A stretch of DNA of 64,000 bases from Anaeromyxobacter sp. (GCA_049840735.1 JASGJN010000004.1:185184-249183), one strand, 5' to 3'; shown: positions 33,845 to 43,642, counted from the stretch's first letter. Numbers and translations: made by a program. Notes: generated by a model not told the origin, from the letters alone.

Positions 33845-34981
33845 GTGCCCCGCTCCCAGCCCGTTCGCGCCGCCCCGGCCGCCGCTCCGACCTCCGCCGT
33901 GCTGCCCGCCGTCCTGCTCCTGCTGGCCGGGGTGGGCCTGGCCATCGCCGTCCGGCTCACCGTGCTGCACTGGCAGGCCCACTCCGGCCTGACCAGCGGC
34001 TGCGCCATCTCCGAGCGCGTGAACTGCGACACGGTGGCGCTGAGCAGCTGGTCGGTGCTGCTGGGCGTGCCGCTGGCCGCCTGGGGCGCCCTCGCCTACC
34101 TGGCGGTGGGCTTCCTGGCGGCGCTGGGCCTGCGCCGCGATCGCCCCGGCCCCGGCTTCCCCGGCGGCCTGCTGGTGCTGGTCACCGGGTTCATGACCGC
34201 GGTGGCCGTGGCCCTGGCCTTCATCTCCGAGCTGATCATCAAGTCGCTGTGCCTCTACTGCCTGGCCTCCTGGATCACCTCGCTGCTGCTGCTGGTGGGG
34301 GCCATCGTGCTGGCGCGCCGCGCCGGCGGCGTGGGCGCGGCGCTGCGCTCCGACCTCGGGCAGCTGCGGGCCCGCCCCGCCCCGTTCGCCGCCGCCGCCG
34401 CGGCGCTGCTGGCGCTGGCCGTGGCGCTGCTGGTCGGCTACCGGCTGGCCCCGCCGCCCGACCTGGTGGCGAAGCAGCCCGCCAGCGGCAGCCCCGCGCA
34501 CAAGCCGGCCGCGCCCGGCTCGCAGGTGGTCTACGAGTTCAGCGACTACCAGTGCCCCTGGTGCGCGCGCATGCACATGCAGCTGAAGCCGCTGCTGGCC
34601 CGGCGCCCCGACATCCGGATGGTGCGGCGCCACTACCCGCTCGACAACACCTGCAACCCGCTGCTCTCGCGTCAGCTGCACGAGGGCTCCTGCGACATGG
34701 CCCGCGCCGCCATCTGCGCCGAGGCCAGCAACCGGTTCGAGGCGCTGGACGACCTGCTGTTCGGGAACCTGGAGGCCAAGGTGCCGCTGGACGTGCTGCT
34801 GCAGCGGGCCGGCCTGGACGTGGCCGCCACCCGCGCCTGCATGGCCTCCCCGGCCACCGAGCAGCGGCTCAAGGCCGACATCGCCGACGGCACCGCCGCC
34901 GGCGTGCGCTCCACGCCCTCGTACGCCCATCAGGGCCGGCTCTACGGCGGCGAGCTGCCGCCAGTGTTCGCGGAGCAGTAG
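33845..34981 (+). CDS. VKOR-DsbA (thioredoxin) fusion
   Basis: C..SERVNC and CLYC in TM domain; FSDYQCPWC and STP in soluble domain. Confidence 0.9.
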   Translation: MPRSQPVRAAPAAAPTSAVLPAVLLLLAGVGLAIAVRLTVLHWQAHSGLTSGCAISERVNCDTVALSSWSVLLGVPLAAWGALAYLAVGFLAALGLRRDRPGPGFPGGLLVLVTGFMTAVAVALAFISELIIKSLCLYCLASWITSLLLLVGAIVLARRAGGVGAALRSDLGQLRARPAPFAAAAAALLALAVALLVGYRLAPPPDLVAKQPASGSPAHKPAAPGSQVVYEFSDYQCPWCARMHMQLKPLLARRPDIRMVRRHYPLDNTCNPLLSRQLHEGSCDMARAAICAEASNRFEALDDLLFGNLEAKVPLDVLLQRAGLDVAATRACMASPATEQRLKADIADGTAAGVRSTPSYAHQGRLYGGELPPVFAEQ

Positions 34982-35222
34982 GCGCCGGGGGGCCGGGAGC
35001 TCAGGCCCCGCCGCACTTGATTCGGGCGGATGTTGTCACGGCGCCGCTGGCGCCCCGCGCCCACGGGCACGCCCCCGCCCTCGCCTCCCCCCAAGGGCGC
35101 ACGCGCTGAAGCATGTGACCGACAGTGAACCAGAAGGACTGTGCGCGCGCAGCTGCGTCCCGCCCCAGCCCCGCGCCCCCCCCGGCACCCCGTCCCTAGC
35201 CCTTCAGTCCATCACCTCAGCA

Positions 35223-35353
35223 CCGCACCGCCCACGGCGCGGGGGCAGGGCCCCCCGCGCTCCGTCCCGCCGGCAGCCCCCTCCGCCCCGCGGTTCGACA
35301 AGCTCACCGCGAACGGACCCCGCCCCGCGGTTCGACAAGCTCACCGCGAACGG
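35223..35353. repeat. Composite intergenic repeat: 58-bp match to 14151-14208 plus tandem REP-like units
   Basis: cgccccgcggttcgacaagctcaccgcgaacgg occurs twice in tandem (~35284-35353). Confidence 0.75.
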
Positions 35354-35952
35354 GAGCCCTGCTGCTTCACGAAGTCGTCGATCTCCGCGAGCACCCCCGC
35401 GTCCACCTCCTCCTGCGTCCGCCCCGCCGCCTGCAGCGCCCGCACGCCGACCCTGAGCGAGTGGTCCCCGCCCTCCACCACGTGCAGCGCGCTCTCCGCC
35501 TGCATCCGCTTCCGCACCGCGGTCAGCAAGTCCAGCGGACAGAGCGCATCCCGCGTCCCCTGCACGAACAGCACCGGCACGCCGAGCCCCAGCAGCACCT
35601 CGTCCCGCAGCTTTCCGCTCGGGCTCCGCAGCGGATACCCCAGGCACACCAGCGCCGCCGGCCGCGGCTCCAGCTCCAGCGCCAGGTGGCACCCCACCCG
35701 CCCGCCCATCGACTTCCCCACCAGCACCACCTGCCGCCGGCCGGGGCGCGCCGCCTCCAGCGCCGCGCGGTGCGCCTCCACCAGCACCGGCAGCGGGTCC
35801 GGCCGCCGCCGTCCCGAGCGCATGTACGGATAGTCGAAGCGGACCACCTCGCCCAGCCCGGCCAGCCGCGCCGCCCAGGCCGACATCCAGGCCGAGCCGG
35901 AGGGCGCGCCGGCGCCGGGGGCGAACAGGATCAGCGGCGCGCGCGCGGTCAC
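35341..35952 (-). CDS. Alpha/beta hydrolase (KANL3/Tex30-like)
   Basis: PGAGA, RFDYPY, GKSMGGR, QGTRD, GGDHS; GTGA overlap with upstream gene. Confidence 0.85.
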   Translation of the reverse strand: MTARAPLILFAPGAGAPSGSAWMSAWAARLAGLGEVVRFDYPYMRSGRRRPDPLPVLVEAHRAALEAARPGRRQVVLVGKSMGGRVGCHLALELEPRPAALVCLGYPLRSPSGKLRDEVLLGLGVPVLFVQGTRDALCPLDLLTAVRKRMQAESALHVVEGGDHSLRVGVRALQAAGRTQEEVDAGVLAEIDDFVKQQGSRSR

Positions 35953-36797
35953 GGCAGCGCGAGCGGGAGCTGCGTCTTGCGCGGATCGAGCCCGGTCAGG
36001 ATGGCGGCGCCGTGCGGGCCCGCCCGGGTGCAGGCCTCGCGCAGCGGCAGCCCCGCCGCCAGGTAGAAGACCGTGGCCGCGGCGAAGCTGTCGCCGCAGC
36101 CGTAGGCGGCGCCGGTGATGCGCGGCGGGGGCGGCGCCGGGAAGCGCTCCGCCCCGGCCGCGGTGGCGATCACCCCACCGCGCGCGCCCTCGGTCAGCAC
36201 CACCGCCCCGGGCCGCACCGCGTACTCGGCCAGCGCCCAGGCCTCGCGCGGATCGTGGGCGCTGCCCAGCACCAGGTCGGCCCGCACGCCGGAGGCGGTG
36301 AGCGCGTCGCGGCGGCGGGCGGTGAGCGCCAGCAGGCGGGCGGCGCGGCAGGCGCGGAGCACCGCCGGATCCTGCGCCGTGAAGTAGACCGCGTCGCAGG
36401 CCGCCAGGAGCTCCCAGGGCAGCGGGTCCTCGCGGCGCGGATGGAGCGGCTCGCCCACCACCAGGATGGTCCGCTCGCCGTCCGGGTTGACCAGCACCAG
36501 GTCGCGGGTGTGCGGCTCCTCGCGCCGGGCGGCGTGCACGATCACGCCCAGGTCGGCCAGCCCCGCCTCCACCTCGCGCCCGGCCTCGCCGGAGCCGATG
36601 GCGGTGAAGACGTGGACCTCGGCCGGGCTCTTCGCGAGCTGCAGCAGGGCCACGCCACCGCCGCCGCCGGGGAAGCTGAACGGGTGCTCGAGGTGGGCGA
36701 TGTCGCCGGGGGCCGGGGGCGCCGGGACGCGACCCAGCGTGATGTGCTCGACGTGGCCGACGACAGCCAGGCGCAGCGTGCGGTGCGCGGAGGGCAT
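35949..36797 (-). CDS. PfkB-family carbohydrate kinase
   Basis: PGGGGG, TEGARG, GAAYGCGDSFAA. Confidence 0.82.
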   Translation of the reverse strand: MPSAHRTLRLAVVGHVEHITLGRVPAPPAPGDIAHLEHPFSFPGGGGGVALLQLAKSPAEVHVFTAIGSGEAGREVEAGLADLGVIVHAARREEPHTRDLVLVNPDGERTILVVGEPLHPRREDPLPWELLAACDAVYFTAQDPAVLRACRAARLLALTARRRDALTASGVRADLVLGSAHDPREAWALAEYAVRPGAVVLTEGARGGVIATAAGAERFPAPPPPRITGAAYGCGDSFAAATVFYLAAGLPLREACTRAGPHGAAILTGLDPRKTQLPLALP

Positions 36798-36836
36798 GGC
36801 CCAGGATCACGCCACCCCGGGCGCGGCGCAAGCAGA

Positions 36837-37250
36837 TCAGGCCGTCGCGCGCGGGGCGCCCTGGCTCGCGACCACCAGCCGATGGTCGGAGCCGGCGATG
36901 TGCCCCGCCAGCCCGGCGCGCAGCTCCATGGCGAAGGCCAGGGCCAGGTCGCCCTCCTCCCGGTCCAGCGCCCCCTCCACCTCGGCGATGGCCTGGAGGA
37001 GGGTGCGGTGCTCGCCGGCGTGCGCCTCCCGCTCCACGTAGCCGCCGGCCTCCATCAGCATCTCCTCGCTGCCGAAGTGCGCGCCGCTGTACGTGGCCAG
37101 CTGCGCAGCCAGCTTGCGGGCCAGCCAGGGCCGGCGCTGCTCGATGGCCTCGGACAGTGCGCTTACCAGCGCGATCTGCAGGTGGTGGTCGTGGTCCATG
37201 GCCTCATGGCCCAGGTCCAGCTTCTCGTTCCAGGTGTGCGCCTCGATCAT
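36837..37250 (-). CDS. Bacteriohemerythrin
   Basis: LGHEAMDHDH, HFGSEEMLM, HAGEH, HIAGSD. Confidence 0.85.
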   Translation of the reverse strand: MIEAHTWNEKLDLGHEAMDHDHHLQIALVSALSEAIEQRRPWLARKLAAQLATYSGAHFGSEEMLMEAGGYVEREAHAGEHRTLLQAIAEVEGALDREEGDLALAFAMELRAGLAGHIAGSDHRLVVASQGAPRATA

Positions 37251-37464
37251 CCGGATGCTCCTCCGCGCGGCCGGCTGTCTGCGCCAGCCAGCGCGCTCGA
37301 CCGCCTCTTTCGTTCCCGGCGGCCCGCTCGGAGGCAAGGCCCGCAGGGGGCCTTTGCAGCGGATGGGGTTCGCACACGCCACCACCGGCTGCGCGCGGGT
37401 CGCACCACACCGGCACCGTCGAGGGCCTCGCGCCGCGCCGCGGCGCGCCCCCAGCTTCCCCGGA

Positions 37465-38163
37465 ATGGGACCGCTCCTCGCGGTGCAGTTCGCGCTGTGC
37501 GCGCTCTCCGCGACGGGATGGGCGGCCCTGGCCGGCTGGCGCGCGCCGGGCGGCACGCGCCGGGCGCTGCTCCGCGGGCTGGCAGGTGGCGGCGCCGCCT
37601 TCGGCCTGGCGCTCGGCGCCTACGCGGCGCTCGAGGAGGCTGGCCTGGCCATCGCCTGGGAGCAGGTGCTCGCAGGCGGCTGGCCGGCCGCGCGGCTGGC
37701 GCTGTTGATCGGGCTGGTGGAGGAGGGAGCCAAGCTGTTCGGCATCGCCCTGGCCGTGGAGCGCGGGGGGCGGGGCGCGGCGATGCGGGCCACGGTGGGC
37801 GTGGCGGCCTCCTTCGCGGCGCTGGAGGCGGCGCTGGCCGCCGGCGGCGGCGCCACCGCGGCCGTGCTGGCCCGCGCGCTGCTGGCGCCGGTGGCGCACG
37901 CCCTCCTGGCCGCCCCGCTCGGCTTCGCGCTGTCCGCGCGCCCGGGGCGGACCCGCGCGCGAGCCCTGGCGCTGGCGCTGCCCGCGGCGGCGGTGCTCCA
38001 CGCAGCCGGCGACCTGGCGCTCTCGCTCCCCGGCTACGGCCGGCTCGGCTACGCCGCGGCCCTGCTCGCCCCCGCTCTCTGGGCCTACCTCCACCTGCGC
38101 CGCCTGGCCCCGCGCCGGCTGGCCCTGGCGCCGCCGCTGGCTGGCCCTGCCCGCGGAACGTGA
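37465..38163 (+). CDS. PrsW-like intramembrane metalloprotease
   Basis: VEEGAK, FAALE, AH, LHAAGD motifs in a multi-TM protein. Confidence 0.7.
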   Translation: MGPLLAVQFALCALSATGWAALAGWRAPGGTRRALLRGLAGGGAAFGLALGAYAALEEAGLAIAWEQVLAGGWPAARLALLIGLVEEGAKLFGIALAVERGGRGAAMRATVGVAASFAALEAALAAGGGATAAVLARALLAPVAHALLAAPLGFALSARPGRTRARALALALPAAAVLHAAGDLALSLPGYGRLGYAAALLAPALWAYLHLRRLAPRRLALAPPLAGPARGT

Positions 38164-38235
38164 CGCCGGGCCCGGGACGTGACAGCGTCGCCTCCCCGCC
38201 GGCGGTACTCGCCGGCGCGTCCCAGGAGGAACGAC

Positions 38236-38925
38236 TTGGACACCGCCGCCATCTTCGACCTCAACGGCACCGTGGTGGACGACATGCCCGTGCACGCCGA
38301 GCTGTGGCGCGCGCTGGGGCTGTCGCTCGGCCGCGACGTCCCGGCCAGCGTCTTCCTGGTCGAGCTGGCCGGCGCCAACGACACCGTCGTGCTGACGCGG
38401 ATCCTGGGCCGCCCGCCCACGCCGGAGGAGCTGGTGGAGCTCCCGGCGAGCAAGGAGCGGGCCTACCACGAGACCTACCGCCACCGTGTGGCGGAGGTGC
38501 CCGGCTGCCTGGCGCTGCTGCGCGAGCTGCGCGACGCCGGAGTGCCGCTGGCGCTGGCCACGCTGGCCCCGGCGCCGAACCGCGCGCTGGTCCTGGACGC
38601 GCTGCAGCTGCACGGCACCTTCGACCGCATCGTGGGAGCCGAGCACGTCACCCGCGGCAAGCCCGCGCCGGACATCTTCCTGGCCGCCGCGGCCGGGCTG
38701 GGCGTGGCGCCGGAGCGGTGCGTGGTCTTCGAGGACGCGCTCAACGGCATCCGGGCGGCGCGCGCCGCAAACATGTACGCGGTGGGCGTGACCACCGCCG
38801 TGGACGGCCCGGCGCTGGTGGAGGCCGGCGCCCACGAGGTCATGGCCGACTTCCGGGCGCTGCCGGCGCCGCTGCGGGCGCGGCTGGGGCTGGCCGTACG
38901 TATCCACCCGGCCGACCGCACGTAG
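38236..38925 (+). CDS. HAD-superfamily hydrolase (beta-PGM/CbbY-like)
   Basis: TTG start after AGGAGG; IFDLNGT, GKPAPDIF, VFEDALNG. Confidence 0.85.
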   Translation: MDTAAIFDLNGTVVDDMPVHAELWRALGLSLGRDVPASVFLVELAGANDTVVLTRILGRPPTPEELVELPASKERAYHETYRHRVAEVPGCLALLRELRDAGVPLALATLAPAPNRALVLDALQLHGTFDRIVGAEHVTRGKPAPDIFLAAAAGLGVAPERCVVFEDALNGIRAARAANMYAVGVTTAVDGPALVEAGAHEVMADFRALPAPLRARLGLAVRIHPADRT

Positions 38926-38944
38926 CGGGCCGGCAGGTGACGCG

Positions 38945-39255
38945 TCAGGCGTCGGCGGCGAGTGGGGTCAGGCGGCCGCGGACTTGTGCGCGGCGGCCCA
39001 GGCGGGGCGGGAGCAGCTCGCCGAGGCGGTGGTTGGGCCAGCCATCCGCGAGCTTCTGGAAGACGTTGGCGAGGTAGGCGAGCGGGTCGATCTCGGCCAG
39101 CATGCAGGTCGAGATCAGGATGGACGCGATGGCCGCCCGTTCTCCGCCCTGGTCCGACCCGGCAAAGAGGTAGTTGGCCCTGCCCACGGCCGCCTGGCGC
39201 AGCTCGCGCTCGGAGGCCGTGTTGCCGACCGGCAGCCGACCCGTCCTCGAGGAAG
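38945..39255 (-). pseudogene. IS66 TnpC C-terminal remnant
   Basis: GRLPVGNTASERELRQAAVGRANYLFAGSDQGGERAA...IDPLAYL. Confidence 0.85.
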
Positions 39256-39259
39256 TTCC

Positions 39260-39399
39260 TCGGCGATCAGAAATCGCCGTCATCAGCGGGCAGGGCGCGA
39301 CCGCACCACGAAACCGACCCTGCTCTCCGCGCGCGTCGGATCTTCAAGAGCCGCAGGCAGGAGCGCGGTGGCGCGAGGGGTCAGCGGGAATCAGGTCTG
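39260..39399 (-). mobile_element. Isolated left end of ISAs1-family element
   Basis: 39378-39400 is the exact reverse complement of 41099-41121; ~130 bp of diverged similarity inward. Confidence 0.75.
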
Positions 39400-39409
39400 A
39401 CGCGGGAGG

Positions 39410-39650
39410 CTCGCCACGGAGGTGACCGTGCAGTTGCACCCGGCCCCCGCGGCGTTTGAGGATGACGAACACGTGCCCGCAGAGCGGGTCCTCCCCTTCA
39501 ACCGCCATGGCGCGATCCCAGTCGCCTTCCGGAACGCCACGAACGCGAGGCGCTCGCCTCGAACGCCTCCAGCGCCGCGCGCCCTCGCTCTCGCCCCAGT
39601 ACCACCTGGCGGCGAGCCCGCGCAGCTGCGCCGCGGGCCCGTCAGGCTGG
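39410..39650 (-). pseudogene. IS66 TnpA/TnpB remnants
   Basis: EDPLCGHVFVILKRRGGRVQL (TnpB-like); AQLRGLAARWYWGESEG similar to 43560-43620. Confidence 0.6.
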
Positions 39651-39722
39651 AAATCCTCCGGACGCCCCGCGGACCGCTGAGTCGGGGACGCCCACGCCGT
39701 CGCGTGGTCCGGTCGCATTCGC

Positions 39723-40208
39723 CTAATCCAAATTGAAATAGACACGGTACTCGCGATCGCCGCAGCGCTTCGACACAAACAACAGCGGCATTTCGCTCAC
39801 ATCAACAAACTCCTCCGTGTCCCTCGGGTCACCGGTCACCTCCGAGTACCTGCGGATCTCCGTAGGCTTCAAGGGCGCCGTGCACGCAAGCCACCCGTCG
39901 TAGCTGCCGTGAACGCCCTCGTGCTTGAGCAGAACGCACCGCCGCCCATCGACTAACGCAACGACCAGAGCACGGCCGGAGCTTGAAGTGGACCTGAGTC
40001 CTTCCGGAAGCAAGACATACTCGCTCGTTCCTGGACCCAACCGCAGCCGTTCCGCCCACTCGAGCGCCTCACTCACATACGCCGGGCTACCCGAGCACGC
40101 CACCGCAAGCAGCACAACCCCTATAGCGAACGGCGCGCCCCGCCCGCCCACAAACCCGGCACTCCCGCCACAATGCCCGCCTCGCGCTCGAGATCTCACA
40201 ACCTTCAT
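39723..40208 (-). CDS. Hypothetical lipoprotein, candidate orphan immunity protein
   Basis: Lower GC; VLLAVAC lipobox-like; ATGA overlap with upstream fragment. Confidence 0.45.
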   Translation of the reverse strand: MKVVRSRARGGHCGGSAGFVGGRGAPFAIGVVLLAVACSGSPAYVSEALEWAERLRLGPGTSEYVLLPEGLRSTSSSGRALVVALVDGRRCVLLKHEGVHGSYDGWLACTAPLKPTEIRRYSEVTGDPRDTEEFVDVSEMPLLFVSKRCGDREYRVYFNLD

Positions 40209-40645
40209 TTCACGCCTCCCGCAAGCACAGGCGCAACAAGCGCGGGCCGAAGCACACTCTTGACCTTGTCCCCAATCCAACCAGGAACTTCCTTATTGAT
40301 AATCTGCCTTGTCTCCTCTCGCGCACTTTCCTTCCCGAGATACTGCGTCCAGTTGATCGTATTGAGTGAGTCCGGTGCCTCGAGCGGAATATCCTTCACG
40401 GCACAACGCGGCCGGTCCGCGGCGACTCACACGGATTCAGGATTGTCTCCGTACCATCCCTTTTCCGCGAAGGCCAGGGCGATTTCCCAGTTTGCGCCCC
40501 TACCCGGCGGCGAATTGGGCCCCTTGTATAGATCAATCGACAGCTTCATCGCTTCGACGGTGAACATTTCCCGCATCGGTATCTTGCCTTGGAGTGGCGG
40601 CGGAAGGTCCACGGGGCCGATCGTGTCGTAATAGTAGCCCGGATT
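40205..40645 (-). pseudogene. Low-GC 5'-truncated ORF, candidate orphan toxin C-terminus
   Basis: ORFs 40427-40672 and 40205-40399 share a frame split by one TGA; begins at an IS end. Confidence 0.4.
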
Positions 40646-41099
40646 CTGAAGGATCCCCTCATCCTGAGGCATCCCCTCATATCAGGCCGAAGACATCGCG
40701 GAAGATGCGCTGGGCGCGGATCATCTCGTCGAATGTGGCCATGAGCGGCAGGGCGCGTTCCTGTTTCATGTTGGGCAGGGCGGCGTAGTGGAACAGTCCC
40801 TGGTTCAGCAGGGAGAGGGTCCGGCGCTTCACCGTGTTGGTCTTCAGGTATTTGTCGATGCCGAGGGCCTCCCCGGCGGCGCCGAGGAGCGTCAGCAGGG
40901 CGACGGCGATGGCGCTCACCAGCAGCATTCGGTCCCGCCGGTCAGGGGAGCCGATGCGGACGTCGGAGAGCCCCATCCCGAACCTCAGGTTCTTCTGATC
41001 CCGGAAGCTCTCCTCGATCGTGAACCGCTTGGAGTAGAGCGCCACGATCTCCGCGGCAGTCTTGTCTCCGTGGCTCGTCGCGAGGTGCCAGGGATCCTT
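40646..41099 (-). mobile_element. IS4-family (IS10-like) transposase 3' remnant with terminal repeat(s)
   Basis: PWHLATS, YSKRFTIEESFRDQK (YREK), RRTLSL; ends CTGAGGCATCCCCTCAT and CTGAAGGATCCCCTCAT. Confidence 0.85.
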
Positions 41100-42798
41100 C
41101 AGACCTGATTCCCGCTGACCCGTCGCCTCGCGGTTCTCGCGCCTGGGGCGCTTGAGACTCCACTTCGCCCCGAGACGAGGGTGAGTTTCGTGGCTCGGGC
41201 CGGCTCCGCCCGCCATCGCCTCGAATTCCTGATCGGCAAGATCGACGCCGGGTTCCTCCTCGGCGATCATCCGTTCGCGCGTAGTGAAAGAGGGGTGGAG
41301 GCTTCGCGGGCCCCCACCCCCCAAGAACGGCCGGAACCTCGCGCGTAATGAAGTGAGGAAGGCCGAGAGGAAGAAGATCATGCCGATCACCGAAGCACAA
41401 GCCCGACGTGCCCTGCGGCACGCCGACATCCCCTGGGACCGGGAGGTCGAGGATCCTCGAGAGGACGCCTGGGTGGTCCACGACCACCTCGGCCTGCTGG
41501 GAGGCCTGGCCGCCGCCTTCTCCGTGGGCTGTCGGAGCCTGCGTCGCGCCGAAGACTTCTTCGCCGACCTCGGCCTCGGCGCCCGTCGAACGCTGGGGCT
41601 CTCGGTCGTGGGGAAACCATGCGACACCACCCTCTACCGCCTGCTCGCCCAGCAGTCGCCTGCCGGCCTGGAGCAGACGGTCCTGGCGCAGGCGAAGGAT
41701 TTCTTCGCCCGCAAGGTGGTGAGGCACGACCGCTTCCCCGTCGGCGTGATGAGCTTCGACGGCAAGGGGACATGGTCCCGGGTCGACGGCGAGCAGCTGC
41801 CGGGCGCCCTGCAGTCCGCCTACGACGCCGAGGGCTCGTCGGTGCAGACCTTCGGCGCCCTCCGCGCCGCGCTGACCTCGTCCGCGGCCTGTCCCTGCGT
41901 AGGGCAGCGGATCATCGGCTCCAAGGAGGGCGAGTCCCCGGCGTTCCGGGAACTGCTCCCCAAGGTCCACGACGCGCTGGGCGCGCATTTCCGCATCGTC
42001 ACCGGCGACGCCGGTCTCTGCGCCCGTGAGAACGCGGAACTCGTGAGCTCGCTCGGCTGCTGGTACCTGTTCGGCCTCAAGGGCAACCAGCCGTACCTGC
42101 ACGCCTTCGCCCGCGAGCACGGCGAGTACACGATTGGTGACCCGGTCGCCCGGACCGCCGAGCGGTACAGGGGCCACACCATCGTGCGCGAGCTGTACGT
42201 CCGCGACGTCGCCGGCAGCCCATCCGTCGTCATGGAGGGCGCCCAGCAGCTCTGGTACGTCTGCCAGACCACGACCGACCGGCGCGGCGAGATCGTGGCG
42301 GTCGAGCAGCGGTACTTCGTCACCTCGATCCCGGCTGGGAACCTGACCCACAACCAGGAGCTGGCGCTCGTCCGTCTGCACTGGGGCATCGAGAACCGCT
42401 GCCACTGGACCCTGGACGTGGTGCTGGGCGAGGACGATGGCCACCCCTGCCAGGCGAACCGCGCCGCCATCGAGACTGTCAGCTGGCTGCGGATCATCGG
42501 CTACAACGCGCTGAGCGCCTGGCGGGCCCTGGCGCCTCGCAAGGACGGCAGCCCCATCGCCTGGGCCCGCGCCGCGGAGACCCTCCGCGACGCGCTGCTC
42601 GTCACCCGGGTCGCCGATCAGCACGGGCCCGCCGCCGTCACCTGAATCACCGGCCCGCAGGCCGCCCCTTCTTCATTGCGCGCTGACAACCTGACCCGTC
42701 CCGCGGCCGACGCCGCTGGGCGACCTGCGTCCCGCCGCTGCGAGAGCGGCGCCGAGATGGCGGCGAAGATCATCCCGCGTCAGCGCGGATCGGGTCTG
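41100..42798 (+). mobile_element. ISAs1-family insertion sequence, apparently complete
   Basis: Imperfect TIRs CAGACCTGATTCCCGCTGAC / CAGACCCGATCCGCGCTGAC; no target duplication visible. Confidence 0.85.
41284..42645 (+). CDS. ISAs1-family transposase
   Basis: SFDGK, VTGDAG, LKGNQP, RLHWGIENRCHWTLDVVLGED. Confidence 0.92.
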   Translation: MKEGWRLRGPPPPKNGRNLARNEVRKAERKKIMPITEAQARRALRHADIPWDREVEDPREDAWVVHDHLGLLGGLAAAFSVGCRSLRRAEDFFADLGLGARRTLGLSVVGKPCDTTLYRLLAQQSPAGLEQTVLAQAKDFFARKVVRHDRFPVGVMSFDGKGTWSRVDGEQLPGALQSAYDAEGSSVQTFGALRAALTSSAACPCVGQRIIGSKEGESPAFRELLPKVHDALGAHFRIVTGDAGLCARENAELVSSLGCWYLFGLKGNQPYLHAFAREHGEYTIGDPVARTAERYRGHTIVRELYVRDVAGSPSVVMEGAQQLWYVCQTTTDRRGEIVAVEQRYFVTSIPAGNLTHNQELALVRLHWGIENRCHWTLDVVLGEDDGHPCQANRAAIETVSWLRIIGYNALSAWRALAPRKDGSPIAWARAAETLRDALLVTRVADQHGPAAVT

Positions 42799-42925
42799 AC
42801 GGGGGGGGGTGGTCATGGTGACTCAGCGTGGATAGGCTGATGGTGAGTCCTCGCCGCGCCCCGTCTTGCGAGCGGTGACGACCTGGGCGTAGCCGGCCGT
42901 CAGGACCGGGCCGCGAGTTCGCGAA

Positions 42926-43003
42926 CGCCCCGACCCAGAGGTCCGCGGAGCGGCCGGTCGGAGTTTCGGCCCGGGGAGGCCCCGAAGCTGATGGCTCGCC
43001 TCC
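42926..43003 (-). repeat. ~80-bp island repeat
   Basis: Inverted match to 51944-52024 and partly to 52130-52159. Confidence 0.75.
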
Positions 43004-43167
43004 GGCCGACGAGCCTGCACCATCCACCGGGCTCAGGCCCGCGCGTGCCGGGGTGCGGTCTGGCGGACGGTCACCGACAACGGACGTACGTAACTCCTCG
43101 CCCCAGCCCGTCGTGACCTGAACGTCAGCGCCGGAGAGCATCGCGCCCTTGCTCAAGGAGGGGCGTG

Positions 43168-43459
43168 ATGGACTTCGAGAAGGCGGCGGCGGCGTTCATG
43201 GAAGGCGTGCGGCGGGCCGGGCGGCGTGGGGCCGGACGGCGGTATCCGGCGGAGCTGCGGCGCCGGGAGGCGGCCTACCTGGCCGCACGCCGGGCCGCGG
43301 GCGGCACCGTGAGCGCGGTGGTACGCGAGATCGGCATCCAGCGTGACACGCTGGCGGGCTGGGCCCAGCCGGTCGGGTCGGCGGTGGCGCCGCGCTTCGT
43401 GCCGGTCACCGTAGTGGAGGCCACGACCGGCCGCATCGTGCTCCACGGCCCGCACGGCG
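43168..43459 (+). pseudogene. IS66 TnpA-like gene, interrupted
   Basis: RRYPAELR, TLAGW, PRFVPVTV; RBS AAGGAGG; cut by GTAAGCG at 43460. Confidence 0.7.
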
Positions 43460-43625
43460 GTAAGCGCCCGGTGAACCGCACCTGTCGGGCCTGATGGCGT
43501 CGAGACAGGCTTCGCCACGGAGGTGACCGTGGCGATGATGAAGCGGATCGGCGGTGTGGACCGGGCGCAGCTGCGCAAGCTGGCGGCCGGGCGGTACTGG
43601 GGCGAGGGCGAGGGGCGCCAGAGTT
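43460..43625 (+). mobile_element. IS66 left end plus TnpA start
   Basis: Begins GTAAGCG (IS66 terminus); RBS GGAGG then short truncated ORF. Confidence 0.6.
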
Positions 43626-43642
43626 CGTACGTAGCTGGTCAG

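Noticed and set aside
33845..34981. VKOR-DsbA fusion as a novelty
   Set aside because: Well-known architecture
43057..43074. 18-bp match ggtctggcgg(a/g)cggtcac with ~50162-50179
   Set aside because: Short and GC-rich with unrelated flanks; cannot be distinguished from chance
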